Below are positions 8,823 through 18,306 of a stretch of 64,000 nucleotides of DNA, piece after piece (the stretch's first letter is position 1; each line of letters opens with the position of its first letter). Below the pieces are notes generated by a model. It did not search any database. It saw only the letters and a program-made list of their open reading frames with translations, and was not told the origin of the DNA. The translations under genes and the position numbers were made by a program. Source of the DNA: a virus; IMG/VR virus record IMGVR_UViG_3300021425_000014, positions 31,013 to 95,012 of that record; one strand, 5' to 3'.

Positions 8823-11800
8823 ACATTCAATGGTTAACTTTCATGGTCATACTAATCGTTCGTTTCAGGACGCGATTATTAGGCCAGAAGACTATGTAGA
8901 GCTTGCTGGTATGCTCAACTCCAAGAGCATCGCAATGTCCGATCACGGTAATATTTGTTCCTGGATTGAGTTCGAATCGGCAATGAAAAAAGCCGGTATC
9001 AAACCAATACTCGCTGTTGAATTTTATTTCTACTTTGCAGATGATGCAAAAGCTAAAAGTTCTCATCACTTGTTGGTGATCGCTAAGAACGATGTTGGTT
9101 ATAGAAATATATTGAAACTATTATATATGAGCAATATTCCACTTGAGCAGGGCGGTGGATTCTTTTATCGTCCGCGAATCTCAGATGAAATGTTGTTTGC
9201 AAATAAAGAAGGACTACTAGTTGGCTCAGCATGTCTTTCATCTCCAATCACTTCGAGACTCATCAATGGCGACGAAACCAATGCTCGTATTGTTGCCGAA
9301 AAGTTTAAACAGGAGTTTGGCGATAACTTCTTTATGGAAATATTCCCGCATAAACTAGCAATTCAAGCCGAAGCCAATCGCAAGATTGAGCAGATGGCTA
9401 AGGATATGGATATTCCAATTTGCGTGACGCTTGATTCGCATTTTAAGAATAATGAATACGAAGAAGCCTATTTGGTTAATGGCAGAAATCGGCGCAACAT
9501 CAAAGAAAAAGATGTTGATAGCAATCCAGATTGCCTAAAGGAAGCAGACTTCCATCTTAAGACCTCAGACGAAGTATATGAAACGCTTGTAAACAAACAC
9601 GGTCTTCAATCCTCTACCGTCTTAGCGGCGATGGATCACACTGTTCAGCTAGATAAACTAATTACTTTTGAATATAAGGACAAGTTCGAGCTTCCGAAGT
9701 TCTGCGAAGATTCTGATAAATACTTAGAAAAACTATTAAGCGAAAAGTTAATCAAGCATTTTGGCGGAAGGGAAAACATTCCACAAGAATATAAAGAAAG
9801 ACTTCGTTATGAGTTTACTGTAGTCAAAGAAAAGAAGTTTAGTGATTACTTTAATATTCTGTATGACACCGTAGAGTTCTGCCGAAACGACGGCATTAGG
9901 CTTGGTGGCCGTGGCTCTGTTGGTGGCTCGCTAATGGCCTTCCTGCTTGGCTTTAATCCTATGGATCCTATCAAGTACGCGCTGCCGTTTGAGCGCTTCC
10001 TGAACCCATTCCGCTCCAGCATGCCTGACGTTGATCTGGATTGCCCAGGCTCAAAGCGCGAATACATCATTGAATACCTGAAGTCAAAGTGGGGATCAAA
10101 ACGAGTAGTACAGGTAATCACATTCGGTGAAGTAAAAGCTAAAGTAGCAATTAAAGAAGTTGCCAAATATCTCGACATCCCGTTCCAAGAGGTAAACGCA
10201 CTAACATCGCACATCCCTTCCTTCGAGAAGGAAGATGGCGCTCTTCACGATCTTCCACTTAGCAGGGCTTTGGAGATCCCAGAGGTTGCTGTATATAATA
10301 AAAAGAATCCAAAACTATTTGACCTAGCGCTCAAGCTAGAAGGCACATATAAGAGTTATGGCGTACACGCTGGTGGCGTTGTAATCCTTCCAGATAATGC
10401 TGAGAACATCATTCCAGTTATGCATAAGAAGGGTGAGTCTGGCGCAGATGTCCAGATTTCAGCTTGGGAGAAAAAGGACATTGAAAAAATCGGGCTAGTT
10501 AAATACGACTTCCTTGGTCTAAACACTCTTGAGATACTTGGAGAATGCGAAAGATTAACAGGTATTAAGCTAGAAGATATTCCATTAGATGATCCTAAGA
10601 CTTGGCGCTTTATTCAAGAAGCTAAGTATATGAACTCTATCTTCCAGCTATCAGAGCCAAAGACGCGTAAATATCTAAGAGATGCAAAGCCAGAGAACCT
10701 ATTCGATCTGGCGGCTGTGAATACAGGCATTCGCCCCGGCGCTGACTGGGATACTTTCATCGAAGGCAAGAAAAAGCGGCAATACAATGGCAAGTTCAAT
10801 CTCCCAGAATTTAAAGAAACACTAAAGAATACATACGGTGCTATTCTATTCCAAGATGATATTCTATTCCTCTTTGCTAGACTATCAGAGCTAACCCTTG
10901 GGGAAAGTGATCTACTAAGGCGTGCTCTAGAGAAGGGCGACAGAAACGGCGCAAAACAATACGAAGATAAATTCATTTCCACTTGCAAATATCCAGAACT
11001 GGCATCAGAAATATTTGAGTATATATGCGGCTCCATGGGCTACGTCTTTAATTCCTCGCATTGTTTAGTTTATAGCCTAAATGGGTATTGGACAGCGTAT
11101 TTTAAATCTAATTATCCCAATGAGTTTCTTGTTGCAAATATTAAGTTTGCGCGATCTTCTGGCAAGATGACTGAAACTGAATCTATTGCTGAACTTATCA
11201 AAGAAGCGAGAGAGATGGGTATAAACGTAAAGATTCCCGCTTTCTCTAGGGCTAGAATTGAACCCTGGCACGATCGCTCAGAAGGTTGCGTTTACCTTGG
11301 TATAAGCAATCTAAAGGGCGTTGGCGAAGTTGCTGCTGGCGTTATCACTGAGGCAGCAAATAAAACAAATACTTTTAAAGAGTTTAGTGATTACTGCATT
11401 AATACAAAGGTTGAAACTGGCAGGATGCGTAAAGATGGGACTCCTATTATGCGTCCTCTGGTAAATAAATCACATATTCATACTTTAGTATGCATCGGAT
11501 TTTTCGGCGAAATAGAATCAGTAGCACAAGAATATGAGCAATTATTTAAAGAACAAGTTGAGATCAAGGCTGAGTCTGAGATGATAAACGAAGCTCTTGG
11601 TTTCGATTATTATTCACCGTTTGAAGGCTATAGGGCTAAGTTGCCAGATTATCTTCAAGACCAAGATAGGTATCTAATCATAAAAATTATTGAAACAAAA
11701 TCGGGGCAAAAGAACGGAAGAAAATGGCATATGTTAAAAGCTAACTCAGAGATCGGCCAGATCACAGCTTTCGCAGACTCCGTTGCTGGCATTGACAAGG

Positions 11801-11874
11801 GAGATACTCTTTTGGTAGAATACTCTAGAGGCAGAGGTGACGCACTAAGCATTAAGAGTCACAAGCTTCTTTAG
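8815..11874 (+). CDS. dnaE: DNA polymerase III alpha subunit (C-family, PHP domain)
   Basis: HGHT..S..D, SDHG, GRGSVGGSL, FERFLNP, MPDVDLD, HAGG, KYDFLGL, YVFNSSH. Confidence 0.95.
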   Translation: MCKHSMVNFHGHTNRSFQDAIIRPEDYVELAGMLNSKSIAMSDHGNICSWIEFESAMKKAGIKPILAVEFYFYFADDAKAKSSHHLLVIAKNDVGYRNILKLLYMSNIPLEQGGGFFYRPRISDEMLFANKEGLLVGSACLSSPITSRLINGDETNARIVAEKFKQEFGDNFFMEIFPHKLAIQAEANRKIEQMAKDMDIPICVTLDSHFKNNEYEEAYLVNGRNRRNIKEKDVDSNPDCLKEADFHLKTSDEVYETLVNKHGLQSSTVLAAMDHTVQLDKLITFEYKDKFELPKFCEDSDKYLEKLLSEKLIKHFGGRENIPQEYKERLRYEFTVVKEKKFSDYFNILYDTVEFCRNDGIRLGGRGSVGGSLMAFLLGFNPMDPIKYALPFERFLNPFRSSMPDVDLDCPGSKREYIIEYLKSKWGSKRVVQVITFGEVKAKVAIKEVAKYLDIPFQEVNALTSHIPSFEKEDGALHDLPLSRALEIPEVAVYNKKNPKLFDLALKLEGTYKSYGVHAGGVVILPDNAENIIPVMHKKGESGADVQISAWEKKDIEKIGLVKYDFLGLNTLEILGECERLTGIKLEDIPLDDPKTWRFIQEAKYMNSIFQLSEPKTRKYLRDAKPENLFDLAAVNTGIRPGADWDTFIEGKKKRQYNGKFNLPEFKETLKNTYGAILFQDDILFLFARLSELTLGESDLLRRALEKGDRNGAKQYEDKFISTCKYPELASEIFEYICGSMGYVFNSSHCLVYSLNGYWTAYFKSNYPNEFLVANIKFARSSGKMTETESIAELIKEAREMGINVKIPAFSRARIEPWHDRSEGCVYLGISNLKGVGEVAAGVITEAANKTNTFKEFSDYCINTKVETGRMRKDGTPIMRPLVNKSHIHTLVCIGFFGEIESVAQEYEQLFKEQVEIKAESEMINEALGFDYYSPFEGYRAKLPDYLQDQDRYLIIKIIETKSGQKNGRKWHMLKANSEIGQITAFADSVAGIDKGDTLLVEYSRGRGDALSIKSHKLL

Positions 11875-11883
11875 GAGAGAATA

Positions 11884-12159
11884 ATGCGTATAGATCTAGA
11901 GCCAATCAAGGCGCGGCTAAACATAGAAATAAGTCCTTCTTGGGACGTGCATTTATATGTCAATGGCTCGACTTACGTGAAAACCTGCAAGGGTGACTTA
12001 GTGTGCAATGTTTACGGCAATCGCGTGGACATTGCCAAGTTTATCGCCAATGCCCCGACAGATATCACCAACCTAATCGCGGAAGTAGAACGACTCCAAG
12101 AAGTTGTAGAACATCAAAAAGAAACCATTGACTTTATGCTTGAAAAGGTAAATAGCTAA
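11884..12159 (+). CDS. Ead/Ea22-like paralog 1
   Basis: DLEPIKARL ... FIANAPTDITNLIAEVERL. Confidence 0.65.
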   Translation: MRIDLEPIKARLNIEISPSWDVHLYVNGSTYVKTCKGDLVCNVYGNRVDIAKFIANAPTDITNLIAEVERLQEVVEHQKETIDFMLEKVNS

Positions 12160-12234
12160 TTCGCTAGAAAAATAGTTATAAAAATATACAAACCATACTG
12201 AGGATTAGCTCGATATGGTATAAGGAGATATATA

Positions 12235-12486
12235 ATGTATCAATCAGAAAGAGCTATTGACCCACCTCCGCATTGGACTGACAACCTGCTTGGTCACTAT
12301 GTGTTTTTAAATGGCGAAGTAGTAGCATGTGAGTCTGAACGCGAGATTGACATTATCGCAAGATTTGTACACGATCTAGCCGACGATAACATTCCCAGCG
12401 TTGATGTGTTCGATAGGCGTGGTATTAAACGTGGCGAGATCGACCACAGTGGTTTCAGTGCGATGCCTTATGATGAGGACGCGTAA
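12235..12486 (+). CDS. Hypothetical protein
   Basis: AAGGAG SD; stop overlaps next start. Confidence 0.65.
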   Translation: MYQSERAIDPPPHWTDNLLGHYVFLNGEVVACESEREIDIIARFVHDLADDNIPSVDVFDRRGIKRGEIDHSGFSAMPYDEDA

Positions 12487-12815
12487 TGTTAAATCTTGAG
12501 CCAATAAAAGCCCGCTTGGCGGCGGCAACACCCGGCTTGAGCCATCCCTTTAGGGACTGGCCGCTGAAGCCAGATGATGCGGCCCTGATCGCCAATGCCG
12601 CCACTGACCTAACTGCCCTAGTAGAGGAGGTCGAGCGGCTGCGAGTAAGGTTAGAGCAGCTAGAAGCAACGGAAGCGCTAGAGAGAGCAATATGGAGAAA
12701 ATGTATTCTTGACGATGAAGATCGTGTTAATGGATTGCATAAAGAGGCAACAAAGAATCTGGATTTGATGCCCGGAAAGCCTATTGATTGGAGTAGATAT
12801 AATGCTGAATCTTGA
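12486..12815 (+). CDS. Ead/Ea22-like paralog 2
   Basis: MLNLEPIKARLAAATPG ... LIANAATDLTALVEEVERLR. Confidence 0.7.
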   Translation: MLNLEPIKARLAAATPGLSHPFRDWPLKPDDAALIANAATDLTALVEEVERLRVRLEQLEATEALERAIWRKCILDDEDRVNGLHKEATKNLDLMPGKPIDWSRYNAES

Positions 12816-13173
12816 GCCCATTAAAGCCCGGTTGGCAGAAGCCCCGCCAGGCCCTTGGACAGCCGAATATGATGATTTGGTCGAAGAAACCTATTTAGTA
12901 GACGCGAAAGGCGAGTTTGGCATCGCAACTATTCATAATCCAAACAAGACGCTAGATCCTTTAGTTAACTACCCCACTGATGTGTCGGCTCTTATTGAAG
13001 AGGTTGAACGACTTCGAGCGGAATGTAAACGATACAGAGATGTTTTTGTTGAGTTAGGTATAACCCTCGGAAGGCTTGAGAATACCGTAATGGATACTAT
13101 CGTCCATGATGGATATATCGGCTCAAAGGTGGACATAAACGAAATAATCACATCGGAAAAAGATGAGAATTAA
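12802..13173 (+). CDS. Ead/Ea22-like paralog 3
   Basis: MLNLEPIKARLAEAPPGPW ... DVSALIEEVERLR. Confidence 0.7.
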   Translation: MLNLEPIKARLAEAPPGPWTAEYDDLVEETYLVDAKGEFGIATIHNPNKTLDPLVNYPTDVSALIEEVERLRAECKRYRDVFVELGITLGRLENTVMDTIVHDGYIGSKVDINEIITSEKDEN

Positions 13174-13205
13174 ATATTCTAACAGTAAGAAAAGAGCCTG
13201 TATAA

Positions 13206-13544
13206 ATGCTTGACTTAACTTACTTAAAAAGTCGCCTTGAGTGGCTAAAAAATAAACCAGTCGAGTACGAATACGAATACACCACAGACCCCGCCACTGG
13301 ATACCACATAGGCCCAGATTGCATACGTTGCGGCACTAAAGATTGTCATCCTTATTTCAAAGGATATTGCAGCGAGCAATGTGCAGATATTGCTTACGAC
13401 GAAGAAGATATGCTAGAGTTAGTTAACGAAGTGGAACGACTTCGAGCGGCTATCCAAAAACATAAGGATAGTACCTTAGCGAATTATAAGTTTCAAAAAC
13501 TAAGGGATCTAGAATTATGGAGTACAATAAATGCTGAATCTTGA
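13206..13544 (+). CDS. Ead/Ea22-like paralog 4 with Cys-rich insert
   Basis: MLDLTYLKSRL ... CIRC..CH..YCSEQC ... DMLELVNEVERLR. Confidence 0.65.
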   Translation: MLDLTYLKSRLEWLKNKPVEYEYEYTTDPATGYHIGPDCIRCGTKDCHPYFKGYCSEQCADIAYDEEDMLELVNEVERLRAAIQKHKDSTLANYKFQKLRDLELWSTINAES

Positions 13545-13770
13545 GCCTATTAGAGATAGATTGGCAGCTACAACGCGCGGCGAATGGTGGGTTGATTCAG
13601 ATCTAATTAGAGCATCTGGATTAAACCAAATTTTATTTCGTAGCGAAGAAGCATCTGAGGCAGATAAAAAGTTTATTTCTTATGCGCATAGTGACATTTC
13701 CAAGCTATTGGCAGAAGTTGAGCGATTGCGTGATGAATTAGAAAAGAGAAAATATAAATGCCTAACTTAG
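13531..13770 (+). CDS. Ead/Ea22-like paralog 5
   Basis: MLNLEPIRDRLAATTRGEW ... DKKFISYAHSDISKLLAEVERLR. Confidence 0.7.
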   Translation: MLNLEPIRDRLAATTRGEWWVDSDLIRASGLNQILFRSEEASEADKKFISYAHSDISKLLAEVERLRDELEKRKYKCLT

Positions 13771-14021
13771 ACTTAATTATCGAAGACCTGGACAACAGAT
13801 TCGCTCTAGAGATGGCTGGAGAGAAAGATCAAGATCTAGATGATAGAATCTTTACTCACGCTTTTGGTCTATTTTTAACAGTCAGTTGCCTTAGAAAAGC
13901 ATTGGAAGATTTGATTAAAGCCTGTCGCGATGGCGAGGATCAAGAGGGCATGGAGATTGTATTATCAGACGCTGAAGATACCTTAAAGGGGGCATTTAGT
14001 GCTAAATCTAAAGACGATTAA
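13758..14021 (+). CDS. Divergent Ead/Ea22-like paralog 6 (hypothetical)
   Basis: MPNLDLIIEDL start and position in the array; weak C-terminal similarity. Confidence 0.45.
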   Translation: MPNLDLIIEDLDNRFALEMAGEKDQDLDDRIFTHAFGLFLTVSCLRKALEDLIKACRDGEDQEGMEIVLSDAEDTLKGAFSAKSKDD

Positions 14022-14295
14022 ACAAAGAATAAATAATGCTTATAAACAAGATTGGCACTATTGTGCATATGGAATAGAGTCAACCGGCAAGAGAGACGGA
14101 ATAATCTCAGACCTTGGCTATACATTTAGAGTTATAGAGAGTGAGGATACGGAAAACATTGATCCACACGAAAGGCTTATTGCTTGGTCTTTTTATGACT
14201 TAGTTAGACTTGTTCACGAACTTGAATCACAAAGAGAAGAATGCAGAAAGTTAACTTCTAAGTTAGAAGGTATTCTGGAGGCTAAAAATGAGTGA
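13999..14295 (+). CDS. Ead/Ea22-like paralog 7
   Basis: MLNLKTIKQRI ... LIAWSFYDLVRLVHELE. Confidence 0.6.
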   Translation: MLNLKTIKQRINNAYKQDWHYCAYGIESTGKRDGIISDLGYTFRVIESEDTENIDPHERLIAWSFYDLVRLVHELESQREECRKLTSKLEGILEAKNE

Positions 14296-14626
14296 AAATG
14301 AAATTGAAGCAAAAAGCTATGTTGTTCCAAAGAACAAAAAGCAACTAATCGAGTACATCAACGAGGTTGGTATTGAAGACATTTTCTGTACAACTATCCT
14401 TCAGGATGGGCCGCATTTTGGGGTAGAAATACTAACTAAAGATAAAAAGTGCTTCAGCATTACACAAGATGTTAATGTAACCTTTGGCGAGATGGTGGTT
14501 GAAGATTTCAGTACAGGAAATGGATACTCCGTTTTGAGTCTTGGTAAGCATTTTAATCCAAAAAAATATAGTTATAATCTAGATTCCCCTTGGGTTATTG
14601 AAAGCGAATTCACAGAAGAGGATTAG
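14288..14626 (+). CDS. Hypothetical protein
   Basis: GGAGG SD, coupled ORF. Confidence 0.65.
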   Translation: MSENEIEAKSYVVPKNKKQLIEYINEVGIEDIFCTTILQDGPHFGVEILTKDKKCFSITQDVNVTFGEMVVEDFSTGNGYSVLSLGKHFNPKKYSYNLDSPWVIESEFTEED

Positions 14627-14702
14627 TGTTCCGCGAATCGTGGAACATCAATAAATATGAAATATAGCTGAAATAACATGTGTACTATATGGAGGTATTA
14701 TC

Positions 14703-15200
14703 ATGAAGAGAATTATTTCAGCTTTTTTATTAGCTACATTAAGCCTTCTTTTAATTGGCGCAGATGGTGATTATTGTCCGCGATTTCGCCCTGAGATCGT
14801 CTCAGTTCGTGGCGTATCGAAAGAACACAGGAGTGAAGTAATTGAAGCTGTAAAGGGTTGGAATAAAGCTCTTGGATATAACTACTTCCAACTAGGCGAT
14901 TATACCTTCACGCTATCTATCTTTACGCATAGAATACCAGAGGAGTTTGGCGCTGCTGGACTATACTATGATGATATAATTATGCTAGATGAGTCAGTGC
15001 CAGACTTCGCTGTTAGAATCGTGGCATATCACGAATTAGGCCACGCTATCGGCCTACCGCACCATACAGATGCATTTAGCATAATGTTTCCAAGTGTGCA
15101 AGGTTTGAGAGTTTTCTCGCCACAAAAGGTTGATGTACTATTGGCCCATCATTATATTGAACAAAGAATAAATGGAAAAGTTAGATCCCAGATCAATTAA
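14703..15200 (+). CDS. Secreted matrixin-family (metzincin) zinc metalloprotease
   Basis: Signal peptide, HELGHAIGLPH, SIMFP Met-turn. Confidence 0.85.
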   Translation: MKRIISAFLLATLSLLLIGADGDYCPRFRPEIVSVRGVSKEHRSEVIEAVKGWNKALGYNYFQLGDYTFTLSIFTHRIPEEFGAAGLYYDDIIMLDESVPDFAVRIVAYHELGHAIGLPHHTDAFSIMFPSVQGLRVFSPQKVDVLLAHHYIEQRINGKVRSQIN

Positions 15201-15441
15201 GGAGGTTAAAGTGTCTACTATTTACTCAGATAAAGATGACGAGCACACTAAAAAGTTAATTCAACTTTTTTTAGCTAAGCGTCTTGGAAAAAAAGTGGCA
15301 CTTTCACTCTTCGCAGATGTATACGGTAAAGAAGTAACAACAGAGCCAATTAATGTAGTTGTTGCTGGCGTAAACAATGGTAAAGCATGGTTCTGCGTTG
15401 ATACTGACGAGATCTCTTCCGTAGACGATACTGTATACTAA
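15172..15441 (+). CDS. Hypothetical protein
   Basis: ORF in operon; start may be GTG 15211 after AAGGAGG. Confidence 0.55.
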   Translation: MEKLDPRSIKEVKVSTIYSDKDDEHTKKLIQLFLAKRLGKKVALSLFADVYGKEVTTEPINVVVAGVNNGKAWFCVDTDEISSVDDTVY

Positions 15442-15518
15442 TCCTGATCTAGCTCTTTACTTCATAGCCCCCCAGTGCTATACTTAATTTGTAAGGCAAC
15501 GAGATTGAGGTTACTGAA

Positions 15519-15731
15519 GTGAACTGCAAGAAGTGCGACGACACGGGAAGTTGCTTCGAAACTCGCTGGTATGTTGATGAGTTTCGTGGCTATGGCCTTA
15601 TTGAAGATGTTTATGATTACTGGTGCAATTGCAGCATTGGTAGGCATCTTCGCGCCAAAGACGAAGAACGCTTAGCTAAAGAAGAAGAAGAGTTCAAGCA
15701 AAAGTGCGGACTTGACTACGTTGGATTTTAA
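15519..15731 (+). CDS. Hypothetical zinc-ribbon protein
   Basis: CKKCDDTG ... CNC..G; GAGG SD. Confidence 0.6.
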   Translation: MNCKKCDDTGSCFETRWYVDEFRGYGLIEDVYDYWCNCSIGRHLRAKDEERLAKEEEEFKQKCGLDYVGF

Positions 15732-15745
15732 AGGAGTTTATTAAA

Positions 15746-16114
15746 GTGAAAGAAAATAAATTTGATCCAGAAGTGATCTCAACGGGATTCCAGAATAATT
15801 TCTTGTCAAAGTCTACGCCTAGAATTTCTTCAATGACAGAAGGCATACTAAGTATTCATAAGGTTAACAATCACTACTATTTTAACGTATCATTCTTCCC
15901 GCCATTTGAAACAAAAAGATTAGAATTGGAGTGGCAGGATCGCGAAACCGGAAACCTTATCGGTGGAACATTTTTTGCGGCAAAAAATGATAGTTATGAG
16001 TGGACTATCATGGCACACATCTATGACTACGAAAAACAGAAACTAACTAAATATGAAAAGATTGACAATAAATTCGTAGAAGTAGAACCAACTTACCAGA
16101 AGATTCTTTATTAA
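15746..16114 (+). CDS. Hypothetical protein
   Basis: AAGGAG SD + GTG. Confidence 0.6.
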   Translation: MKENKFDPEVISTGFQNNFLSKSTPRISSMTEGILSIHKVNNHYYFNVSFFPPFETKRLELEWQDRETGNLIGGTFFAAKNDSYEWTIMAHIYDYEKQKLTKYEKIDNKFVEVEPTYQKILY

Positions 16115-16177
16115 TGAGTAAGTTTGGCGATTATAAATTTCTTCTACCGTAGTCCTGAAATAGAAAGAGTATTAATT

Positions 16178-16801
16178 ATGCCCTTAGTTCCTATGGTAAT
16201 CGAGCGTTCTAGCAATGGCGAAAGGTCTATGGATCTCTGGAGTCGCCTAATGGATGAGCGTATTGTAATGGTCACTGAGCCAGTAGATGACGCTATGGCA
16301 AGCATTATTATCGGCCAACTTCTATTCTTAGACTACAAAGATCCTAGCAAGGACATTACTCTTTACGTGAATTCGCCTGGCGGTTCCGTGACCGCAGGAT
16401 TAGGAATCTTCGATACAATGAATCTTGTTACCTGCGATATTGCGACCGTATGCGTTGGACAAGCCTGTTCTATGGGCTGCTTTCTTTTGGCAGCAGGGAC
16501 TAAAGGTAAGCGCTACGCAACACCAAGCGCTACGATTATGGCCCATCAGCCTTTGGGTGGGGCTAGAGGTCAAGCAACGGATATTCTTATTCAGAACGCC
16601 GAAATGCAGCGATTGAAGAAATATCTGACTGAAACAATGGCTGATAATTGCGGCATGGAGCACTCTAAGATGTATGAACTCTGTGAGCGCGATTACTTCA
16701 TGAGTGCAGATCATGCCAAGGAACTTGGCTTTATTGATGAAATTATTGGCAAGAAACCAGAAAGTTCAATGGATCAATTCAAGGGCGCGGTGAATCACTG
16801 A
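16178..16801 (+). CDS. clpP: ATP-dependent Clp protease proteolytic subunit (host-like)
   Basis: MPLVPMVIE..GERS.D.WSRL, NSPGGSVTAG, ACSMG (Ser), HQP (His), ERD (Asp). Confidence 0.93.
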   Translation: MPLVPMVIERSSNGERSMDLWSRLMDERIVMVTEPVDDAMASIIIGQLLFLDYKDPSKDITLYVNSPGGSVTAGLGIFDTMNLVTCDIATVCVGQACSMGCFLLAAGTKGKRYATPSATIMAHQPLGGARGQATDILIQNAEMQRLKKYLTETMADNCGMEHSKMYELCERDYFMSADHAKELGFIDEIIGKKPESSMDQFKGAVNH

Positions 16802-17025
16802 TGACTGAAGCAGAGAATATCAAAAAGCGGTACAGAAAAATAATCGAAGAATGTGATAAAATGGAAGAGAACATTCTATCTGCTCTCGTTCTAGTATATA
16901 ATGAAAGACTTAAAGAGTTAGAACAAGAGTGTGAAGAATTAACGGGCCACGATTGGTACGATGCCTACTTCGGTAGTCAATCTATTTGCAGAAACTGTGA
17001 CGCAAGAAAGCAGAATAATGCCTGA
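16801..17025 (+). CDS. Hypothetical protein
   Basis: Coupled ORF; C..GH.W..CRNC. Confidence 0.6.
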   Translation: MTEAENIKKRYRKIIEECDKMEENILSALVLVYNERLKELEQECEELTGHDWYDAYFGSQSICRNCDARKQNNA

Positions 17026-17656
17026 ATATACTTATGAAATTAAATTGAATAGCGAACAAACGCTGCTCGTTGCAAGAGCCTTGGACTTCTGGGCTCGTTG
17101 TAGTGCAGGTCAATTATCAGAATTGAGTTTTGAGTTCAAAAACGAGGAAGCTCACTATGTAGAAGTTGATTATCATATTCTTCAACTTAAAAAGTTATTG
17201 TTCCCAAATTTTGATAAGTATCAATGTAACTTTGATCAACCTAAAACAAAAGAGGCTCTAAACATTGTAAGAGCAATTGAATCATGTTATTATAATACGG
17301 AGCACCCAATCAAGAAAAGGGATCCAATGGACGGCAGCTTCGTTGGAAGCAGATACGAAGGCCCATACGAAGACTGGTGGATTGACAAGCCAGCAGAAGT
17401 TAGTGCCTGGGCTAGTGCCAGCGGTGAAGAGCCTGAAGACTACTCAATCTTCTCAGTTGGCCAAGAGTCAGACGAAGAAGAGAAAGTATGGTGGAGTTTT
17501 GACAAGGGAAGAATGGAGTGGATGTGCGAGCATGGCGTAGGGCATCCTGACCCCGCTCTTAATGAAAACTCAGTCCATGGCTGCGATGGCTGTTGTGGTA
17601 GAGAAGACTTTCCCGGTAATCATGCAAATAATCTAGGTAAAGATGGAAAGTGGTGA
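17018..17656 (+). CDS. Hypothetical protein with C-terminal Cys/His metal-binding motif
   Basis: RMEWMCEHGVGHPDP...HGCDGCC. Confidence 0.65.
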   Translation: MPEYTYEIKLNSEQTLLVARALDFWARCSAGQLSELSFEFKNEEAHYVEVDYHILQLKKLLFPNFDKYQCNFDQPKTKEALNIVRAIESCYYNTEHPIKKRDPMDGSFVGSRYEGPYEDWWIDKPAEVSAWASASGEEPEDYSIFSVGQESDEEEKVWWSFDKGRMEWMCEHGVGHPDPALNENSVHGCDGCCGREDFPGNHANNLGKDGKW

Positions 17657-17927
17657 AATAATGCCAGCTTATATTGATACTGGACTTATGGCTAAGTATG
17701 GCCTACCCTCACCAAAAAGAATTGAAACCCTTGAAATGTTGATGTTGGCTGAAGAAGCTGACGCTATTGATAAGATCGTTGAAAAAATGAGGGGTAAAAA
17801 CCGCGCCCCATTGAATGAAAAAACGCGGGAACTTCACAGACAAGCATCCATCCTTTGGAGTAAATATTATCAAATTGATTCAGAAGTAAATAAAGAGTAT
17901 CATGCTTTCTGGTCAACCGAATCATAA
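17643..17927 (+). CDS. Hypothetical protein
   Basis: Coupled ORF. Confidence 0.55.
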   Translation: MESGEIMPAYIDTGLMAKYGLPSPKRIETLEMLMLAEEADAIDKIVEKMRGKNRAPLNEKTRELHRQASILWSKYYQIDSEVNKEYHAFWSTES

Positions 17928-17989
17928 CCCCCCAAGTTACCCCCTAAGTACCCCCCATGTACCCCCTAAGTTCCAAATATACCCCCTGT
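17927..17989. repeat. About 11-bp tandem repeat ACCCCCYAAGT (4-5 units)
   Basis: Units at 17927, 17939, 17950, 17961, partial 17981. Confidence 0.8.
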
Positions 17990-18001
17990 CTGACAGAAAT
18001 C

Positions 18002-18030
18002 TTGCAAATGCGCGCGATGCATGTTAAAAT
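18002..18030 (+). promoter_or_regulatory. sigma70-type promoter
   Basis: TTGCAA-17-TAAAAT. Confidence 0.7.
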
Positions 18031-18054
18031 CTATTCAGCAAGATTGGAGGAGTA

Positions 18055-18306
18055 ATGAGCACAAAAGAAACAATAGATGCACTATATAAGCTAAATAAAA
18101 AACTAACATCTAACAACAGGAAGTTCAGCAACCAATCATCAGCAATGCTGGACGCTATCAAGCAATCTTTGATCATGATTCACGATCATAAATGTACAAC
18201 AAGGAATGAATTTGAAGAGCTTCTTGGTAAAATATCGGGCGCACTAACTCTATCAGTCACTAAATCTATTAACTACAGTAAGGACTACTCAGTAGAGGAT
18301 CGTTAA
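18055..18306 (+). CDS. Hypothetical protein
   Basis: GGAGGAG SD, own promoter. Confidence 0.7.
   Translation: MSTKETIDALYKLNKKLTSNNRKFSNQSSAMLDAIKQSLIMIHDHKCTTRNEFEELLGKISGALTLSVTKSINYSKDYSVEDR

Noticed and set aside
231-11874. Inteins or introns in nrdJ, dnaB or dnaE
   Set aside because: Lengths and motif order are normal; no C...HN splice junctions or LAGLIDADG motifs seen
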